A program made the position numbers and the translations under genes. A stretch of DNA of 64,000 bases from Bugula neritina (taxonomy: Eukaryota > Animalia > Bryozoa): the NCBI GenBank assembly GCA_964035545.1, contig OZ037771.1, positions 9,541,408-9,605,407 on the forward strand. Reading direction: 5' to 3'. The notes beneath the pieces are model-generated. The model saw only the letters and a program-made list of their open reading frames with translations. It did not search any database and had not been told where the DNA came from. How positions within the stretch are numbered: the first letter of the stretch is position 1; every line of letters starts with the position of its first letter. This document shows, piece by piece, positions 57,601 through 64,000 of the stretch.

Positions 57601-60600
57601 AATCCAACTCGCCAGCAGTCTTAACCGGCTGACTGACCGAGGAGAGATCTTGGTGCAGTGTGTCAACCCCTTTTCCGAAGCGGTACAATTACCATCAGGA
57701 TCCATGCTGGGCCGTTTCCACTCTATCCAGGAGAAGGATGTAGGGCTGTCGCTAGGAGCTGCGTCAGAAGGTCCCCAACAGAGCCCGTCAGTTAGGCGGG
57801 GGACCGTCCCACAACACGTCCAAGAGCTATACCAGGCAGCGTGTGACGGCTGCGCGAGCAACGAAGAGCGCCAGGCCATGGCCCAGTTGCTACGCGAATA
57901 TAGCGACGTGTTCAGCAGTGGGGACCATGACGTAGGCCTGACGACAGCCGTCCGTCATAAGATACCGCTGGCTGCCGGGACTGCCCCTATCCGACAGCCC
58001 ACACGGAGATTGGGACCGGAAAAGGAGAAGGAGGTCAGCCAACAAATCCGGGATCTTTTAGACCGCGGCCTCATAGAGCCAGCACATAGTGCGTGGAGCT
58101 CGCCGGTCGTCCTGGTCCGAAAAAAAGACGGCAGTTGGCGGTTCTGTGTGGATTATCGCAAACTGAATAGCGTGACCATACAGGACGCCTACCCCTTACC
58201 CAGGATCGACGAATCCCTGGACGCCCTAGCCGGCAGCAAGTACTTCAGTACGCTAGACTTGCTGAGCGGTGTCTGGCAGGTCCCCCTCAGTCCCGACGCC
58301 TAGGAGAAGGCGGCGTTCATCACGCGGGACGGCTTGTGGAAGTGGAAAGTCCTACCCTTTGGACTGACTTCCGCCCCCGCCACGTTCCAGAGGCTCATGG
58401 AACAGGTCCTCAGTGGACTCCACTGGAAGACACTGCTGGTATACCTTGATGACGTCATCGTGATCTCCTCAGACTTCTAGACACACATCAGTCGTCTGCG
58501 GGAGGTCTTTGAACGACTCAGAGGTGCCGGTCTGAAGCTCAAACCCTCCAAGTGCGCTCTCTTGCAGCCAGAGGTGAAGTACCTGGGACACATCGTGTGG
58601 CGACGGATCCCGAAAAGGTATGAGCTATAGAAGATTGGGTCACCCCCCAGGATTTGACCGGACTTCGGGCATTCCTCGGGCTGGTGGGGTATTACCGGCA
58701 ATACATACCAGACTTTGCGGGGGTAGCACAGCCGTTAAATCGGCTCACCGCAAAGGGGGTGACCTGGCAGTGCACTTCCGTCGAACAGAGGGCGTTCGAC
58801 CGCCTCAAGGGCCGCCTGCTAGAGGCCTCCATCTTAGCCTACCCAGACCCTGCCCTGCAGTACATCCTAGATACTGACGCCAGTGACCAAAACGTCGGCG
58901 CTGTGCTGTCCCAGGTGCAGGAGGGCCGCGAAGTAGTCGTGGCCTACTACAGCAAGTCTCTCTCACCCACCAAACGAAATTACTGCACTACCCGCAAGGA
59001 ACTGCTGGCAGTAATCAAGTCGGTGAAGCACTTTAGACCTTATCTGTACGGCAGGAAGTTCCGGCTGCGGACTGACCACGCCTCCTTGATTTGGTTGTGC
59101 AAGAGAGCAGAACCGTCCAGCCCGGTCGCCAGGTGGCTCGAGGTCCTGGCCGAGTTCTCCTACGGTAAGAAACGGTAAGAAACACGGCAATGCCGACCGA
59201 CTGAGCCGGCGGCCGGACGAGGGGTGTAAACAGTGCCTTAACATCGAGAAGAGGGGCGGGGTCCCCAAAAATCCGAGTTGAGAGCACTGGACCACCCTGG
59301 AATGGAGTATGACTGGGACCAGGGTCAACTCCGACAGAAGGCCGATACGCCTCCGGAAGCTATCCAGAGTCTCCGCGCCAATTCTGTCTTGACTGGTAAC
59401 GTCAGGGAGCTACAAAAACTCCAGGAAAACCTTTCAGGGGTAGTAGCCGACGTGTACCGGGCCAAGAAGGAGGGGCGACGACCCAGCGAAGAACAACTGC
59501 GGCAAGGATGCGCTGAGTTACGGCTGTACTGCCAACGTTGGGACTCCCTGCGGATCGAGCCGGATGGTCTGCTGACCATGACAGTGGCCACCTACAACAG
59601 ACACCACAGGAGAGAGAGGGTGGTCTGCCCAGCCGCCATTCGCTGGGAGTTAGTATGGGACACCCACAAACAGGCTCACGCAGGGGTCCAAAGGGTGCTC
59701 ACCAAATTACAGCTCCGGTAGTACTAGCCCGGCATGTGGCGCGATGTACGACTCAGAGTCAAGCAGTGTGAAATCTGCCAGGCCAGCAAGCATGGCCGTC
59801 TCCCTGGCGAAGTGGGGCGGCGTAGGCTATATGCTGGAAGGCCATGGCAAGTGGTAGCTGTTGACCTGGTTGGACCCATGCCTCTCACCCCCAGAGGAAA
59901 CAGTTGGATCTTAGTATTAACCGACCACTTTACCAGGTGGGCCGACGCTTTGGCTATTCCAGATGCGTCCGTCCTGACAGTGGCCAGGGTGTTGAACCAA
60001 AATGTATTCTGCTACCTCGGACTACCCGAGCAGATACATTCAGACCAGGGGGCTCAATTCCAGTCTCAACTGTTGAGCGATCTCTGCCGCCTCTGGGGAA
60101 TAAACCAAAGCAGAACCACTCCGTACCATCCTCAAGGCAACGGGGTGGTAGAACGCAACAACCGTATGTTGGGCGATGCATTCGGCAGTCTGCTCCTCGG
60201 CCGGGGTCAGGAGGAATGGGATACGGTACTACTGCAAATTATGCGGGCCTACCGTAGTACACCACATACCAGTACGGGGGAGACCCCTAACCTCCTAATG
60301 CTTGGCCGAGAGACGCGAGTGCCCGACCACCTCACATACCACATCCCCGAACAAGACTACACCATCCATGAGTATGCCAGTAAATTGATAGAGGACATGA
60401 AAGCTGCACACGAAATACTGCGAGCACAGCAGTGGCAGGTACGGCAAGAGGACTCTCAGGAACCACCACTCTATCAAATTGGAGACTGGGTATGGATGGT
60501 CAACTACCGTAGGCGTCGAGGACAAGTGGCTAAGCTCCAGCCTAAGTTCGTGGGACCCTACGTAGTAGTTGAGGCAATGCCCAATCATACGTACGAGTTG

Positions 60601-63600
60601 AAGCGCTCCGGACAGGTCTCTGTCCAGAATGAAGCCCGCTTGAAACCGTATTGGGCTAGCCCAGGAGCAGCAGGAGAAGCCCCCCCCCCCGTTGTTGGAG
60701 CCCAGGAGGCAGACAGCAACGCGCGGGCGGCAATGGCATGGGCCAGAATACGAAGTGATTGTGTCGCGGGAGGAGGACTTGGTAAAGCAGGAAAGGCCAC
60801 TCCCATCAACAGAGGTGCGCCCACCGCCCCCAATACCGAGTCTACCACCATCACTTCCGGATCCGCATCCGCGTCCGGACGTGCAAAACCCCCCCGCGGG
60901 AGGGGCTCTATCCGGAGACAATGTCGGGGAAAAAAATACCATCACCAACGACGGGCCAGAAACACCACCGGTGGAGCAAAATAGTCCACCAGTGAGTACA
61001 CCGCCCCGACCAACAACTACACCACCCTCCCCAGCTAGTACGTCACCTCCCTTGGAACGGGGACAACGTACTAGACAACCCCCAGCATACTTGAAAGACT
61101 TCGTATGTGACCGCGTTACAAGCGGCAGTTATGAAAGTCTAGCTGGGCACCGAACGGAAAGACTGGCAGCAAAACGTGGGAGTTGTGAACACCACGGGAA
61201 TACTAACTGTTGCGAAGGCGGAGTAGTGGACAAAACTACTACGCCCGAGGCAAACAGTTCCAGCCGTGCGCAACAAACACGCTGTCCGGTCTTTTCCTAC
61301 GCTGACATCACCAAGGGCAGACATATCCAAATCCAATCCACTAACATCCAAGCTTGAACACTGAGTATGATTTCAAACACCTGGTTCCCAGGTAAGCTTG
61401 CTCAGACCTAACATTCCCACTCATGGAAACAGGTCTAACATCAGTTAGTTCTGATTTAATCGCTCTGATTGAATCACAACTACTGGGGACTGAGTCTTAC
61501 GTGAAAGACGACGAGAACATAACAATGGCCGACGATCTACTAGATCTGGAGCTTGACACTATGTCTCTCAGTCAGTCTACACGCCACGACCCAGACCTTC
61601 GAGTGCCGTCTAAAAAGATGCATGACTCCCAGACTAGGAACAGTCGGTTGTCATCAGAATTATGCTGTAAAAATCACATTCGATCTAACAATAATTCTGC
61701 TCTTTTAGATACCACTCGTTCTCCCCTCTCTCAGGACATGCCGCCATTAGAGATGGCTTGGGATGAGGAATCTACCCCCGTCACGCTGCCGGAAGTACTC
61801 CTGACTCAATCATGCTGGATTACCAAGGATACAGAGGCACTCATTCAAGAGAATAAAGGCGATGACCAATGCACCACCTGCCGTCTGTGCCAACTCCATT
61901 TCACCACCCCGCGCAGGCTCAGAGTCCACGTCCCCCAACATTACGTCACCCCCTTCTGTTCCTGTGGTGAATATAGTTACCACAGGGACTACATCCTCCG
62001 TCATCAGCGGACCATGGGATGTCATGTTGGACATCTCTACGAAGTCGACTAACCCTCCTTCTCCCACTTTCTCGATCTCATCAGGCCATTTATCTCAGAC
62101 CCGACTCGCTATGAACGGCTGCGCCAAGAGTTCCCCGCGCCCCGTGCCATCACACAAGGACCCTGCCCCAAGCCCCCCGGGGTTTAAGAAACCACACACG
62201 CCCCGTCCCTCACCCCCCGCTCACACAGTGCCCCGTCCCAACTCCATACCCAGAGTCGTGCTGCAACGAATAGAAGTGCCCCAACGATGGCGACCCTCCC
62301 CTCCCGTTTCCCCACGACCCTCCCGTAAACGATGTTGGCTATCTTCATCCCCCAATCGCCACTCTGCCCCCGCCCGGAACCTAAAGGAAACGGAAGATCG
62401 AATACCTGAATTGGAGAGAGAAGTGCAAAGGTTGGCGCCTAGGATATCTGCCGCCGCCTCCGGGCTCTCCGCGACTCTGCGGCCCAACTGAAGAGGAATG
62501 CTTAAGACAGAGTGTCTAACCCTCTCTTTTCTCTACTTGTCCTACTCCCCCGTCCCTTACTATGCCGCAGGTGGTTTCTCCCTTACAGCCTCTACCTCGT
62601 GCCCCGGTGCCATAACAAATCTCCCGTTATGACAATCTGGTAGCTAGTCCATAAGTGTATATTTTTTTTAGTCGTCTGGGCCGTCAGCCTATAAGTGCCT
62701 CTCAACATTAGTAACACGGCGTCGTGTTCATACTGTTTTATGTTTTTTTTGTATTTGTGTTTTTTTATGTACATACCATACGCATCTCTCTCTATTTTTA
62801 TATTTTCTCTACTATTATATTTTTATTATTTTATCTGTTGTATCAGGAAGGTAGGCTTCCTGCTGGGGGGGGCGGTGTAGTGGAACACGCAATACGCGCC
62901 TCCACGTGTCCCCTAGCCAATGAGAGATGCGTCAGGTGACAACCCCCAGCGATGCGTAACTAGAAAGTTGTTGTAATAGAGAGAGCGTACGAGTAACTAG
63001 TGAGGATGTAATTCATTTAATCTGTGTGTTTTCTTGTATAATTTTATTAGTATGTAACTGTAAATAAATATCTTTTAATCCTATCACAAGCCCTATATTG
63101 CTGCGGATAACTAAATCATAATTACAAGCTAGGAACCACGCATTAACACTGTGTAAATCACAACACATTTTCACCTGTTTTGTATTCTATAATGTATCAA
63201 AACTTTTTAATTAAGATCTATTACATCATTTTGTGTAGATGCGAAAAAAAGTAAAGAAGATAAAGAACGAATGGAGGTTGACTGCAAAGGTAATCCTTTA
63301 TCTTAATAGCCTTCCCATAGTTTAGATTTGCCTCCTCGCAATAAAGAAACACTTTCTAGTTGAAAAGTACATCTTCATCATTTTAATCGTGAAACCGGAG
63401 CATATTCCTTTAAACTCTGTTGAGAGTGAAAGTGGGATTGTGAAAATTTATAAAGTTATAAAATTCTGTAAAAGCAGGTTTAGCAATTTATCATACTTTT
63501 ATCAATGTAATTTATTAAAAAAACTCATTTCAGAGTTATCTTATAGTTATTTCGCTCAAATGTTGTATTCTTAGAGTGGAAACAACTTCAACTTATTATC

Positions 63601-63814
63601 ATAATTACTATATATGACCACAAACTTTGGACCAATTGAGACTTTGCCTTCACTCACTACTCAGCTGTGTTCTTGAGACATGATGCACATTTTCTCACAT
63701 TGTGCTGTAGGAATACTTATTAATGATGATGTAAGGATTGCTCCACCAACTGAACAGCCTGGCATGAGACGGACACATGAAATTAAGTTACTTTATGGTT
63801 CTCAGTCTGATAAG
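54625..63814 (+). CDS. GEMIN8: Gem-associated protein 8-like (SMN complex), 3'-incomplete. Exons 54625-54641 (tentative), 54774-54923, 55338-55519, 63239-63289, 63711-63814
   Basis: Phase-compatible GT-AG introns. WLKKHHQVLKEA, TLNDEYLEFMLQSARHRKERD and PPTEQPGMRRTHEIKLLYGSQSDK match the three conserved Gemin8 blocks as I recall them from human ([57 protein letters not shown]). The first exon is a guess. Confidence 0.8.
55856..55873 (+). promoter_or_regulatory. Primer-binding site, tRNA-Leu-like
   Basis: tggtggcagagtgggatc, 1 nt after the LTR end. Confidence 0.8.
55894..56916 (+). CDS. gag: gag (capsid and degenerate zinc knuckle CWRYGTRGHLRSSC)
   Basis: Open frame homologous to the other two gag copies. 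Confidence 0.9.
   Translation: MEKHWNIMAESTASTEEGERDIIINPLEAEEEAYKYTLGAPAFTGLEDVKQFIREFNEVAAITRWPPRVALIKLQMALTEQARPYGLRPSVDGIIAALRARFGIPAADAKARLQGLLRKTCTPLPDHATLVKRLARIAYSDLPETHRRRYTFEAFVQSLNNLGFHHQLQARGVTTIEAALQESEAYLGAEQLCRAIETTPRATRGPDHPVRVAAATTSPSLETEVDRLMTMLEQLVATITYSNPTGYKRPGVETPRPAARCWRYGTRGHLRSSCPRPKKRQKPHDPRKPPRTPRAKEEGKARWIPPGVRTDPAVRPPPVANTSSDQPARPTTRTLLTASH
56651..61357 (+). pseudogene. pol: pol: aspartic protease, RT, RNase H, integrase; several stops and frameshifts
   Basis: FLLDSGCT, WRFCVDYRKLN, LPFGLTSAPATFQR, YLDD (58442-58453), ILDTDAS, THKQAH..CEIC, VDLVGP/HSDQG/VVERNN, FVGPY. Stops at 58301, 58478, 58621 and 59719, plus small indels. Confidence 0.95.
61423..62505 (+). 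pseudogene. Accessory ORF3: acidic N-terminus, C2H2 and C2HC zinc fingers, Pro/Arg-rich linker, coiled coil (stop at 62050, frameshift near 62175)
   Basis: CRLCQLHFTTPRRLRVHVPQH (canonical C-x2-C-x3-F-x5-L-x2-H-x3-H), then CSCGEYSYHRDYILRHQRTMGC, PRVVLQRI and LKETEDRIPELEREVQRL. Confidence 0.85.
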
Positions 63815-64000
63815 GTATGAAATCATTCTTCAGTTTCAGACTATTACTTAATGCAAAGTAGAGGGAAACAACTCTTATAGTTGTTTTTCACTTTTTACTT
63901 TACTGATTGGCTAAGCCTAGGGCCACACTGTGCGTATTTTCGCATGCGAAAATTAAAATCACAAATAGCAAAGGTGTCCACTGTAGCGTCAGTGATGCGT

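Larger units (their letters stand above)
55565..63165 (+). mobile_element. Near-full-length Ty3/Gypsy element E (7601 bp) in a GEMIN8 intron
   Basis: 290-bp LTRs 55565-55854 and 62876-63165 with 4 differences, TSD CATT, PBS 55856-55873, PPT 62865-62875. Domain order is gag-PR-RT-RH-IN-ORF3. Confidence 0.98.

Noticed and set aside
55878-62487. Numerous antisense ORFs over gag/pol/ORF3
   Set aside because: Shadow ORFs of GC-rich coding sequence. The antisense frames over the ORF3 N-terminus contain stops in both A and E.
61423-62505. ORF3 as env
   Set aside because: No signal peptide, transmembrane segment or fusion-protein layout; the Cys/His spacing fits zinc fingers.

Overview
AT-rich eukaryotic (metazoan, probably invertebrate) genomic DNA; the species cannot be fixed from the sequence. 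There are four spliced host genes. (1) A 14-coding-exon ACSL3/4-type long-chain acyl-CoA synthetase (minus, 20008-33561, ~701 aa). (2) A GEMIN8-like gene (plus, from ~54.6 kb, running off the window). (3, 4) A tail-to-tail pair of unrecognised genes: a 126-aa MGNxxS coiled-coil protein (plus, 7940-12084) and a ~408-aa Ser/Arg-rich protein (minus, 12383-18949). The rest is mostly mobile DNA. It includes one near-full-length Ty3/Gypsy element inside a GEMIN8 intron (55565-63165), several internally deleted, chimeric or solo relatives primed by tRNA-Leu, an Academ transposon with a nested RTE-LINE fragment, a hAT-like element holding a nest of LTR pieces, tRNA-derived SINEs, a ~420-bp hairpin and many mini/microsatellites. 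Two observations stand out. First, two diverged Gypsy elements carry a conserved third ORF at the env position that encodes tandem zinc fingers plus a coiled coil rather than an envelope. Second, an integrase-bearing Gypsy element has an antisense tRNA-like Pol III unit built into both LTRs. All alignments, counts and splice models were done by eye.
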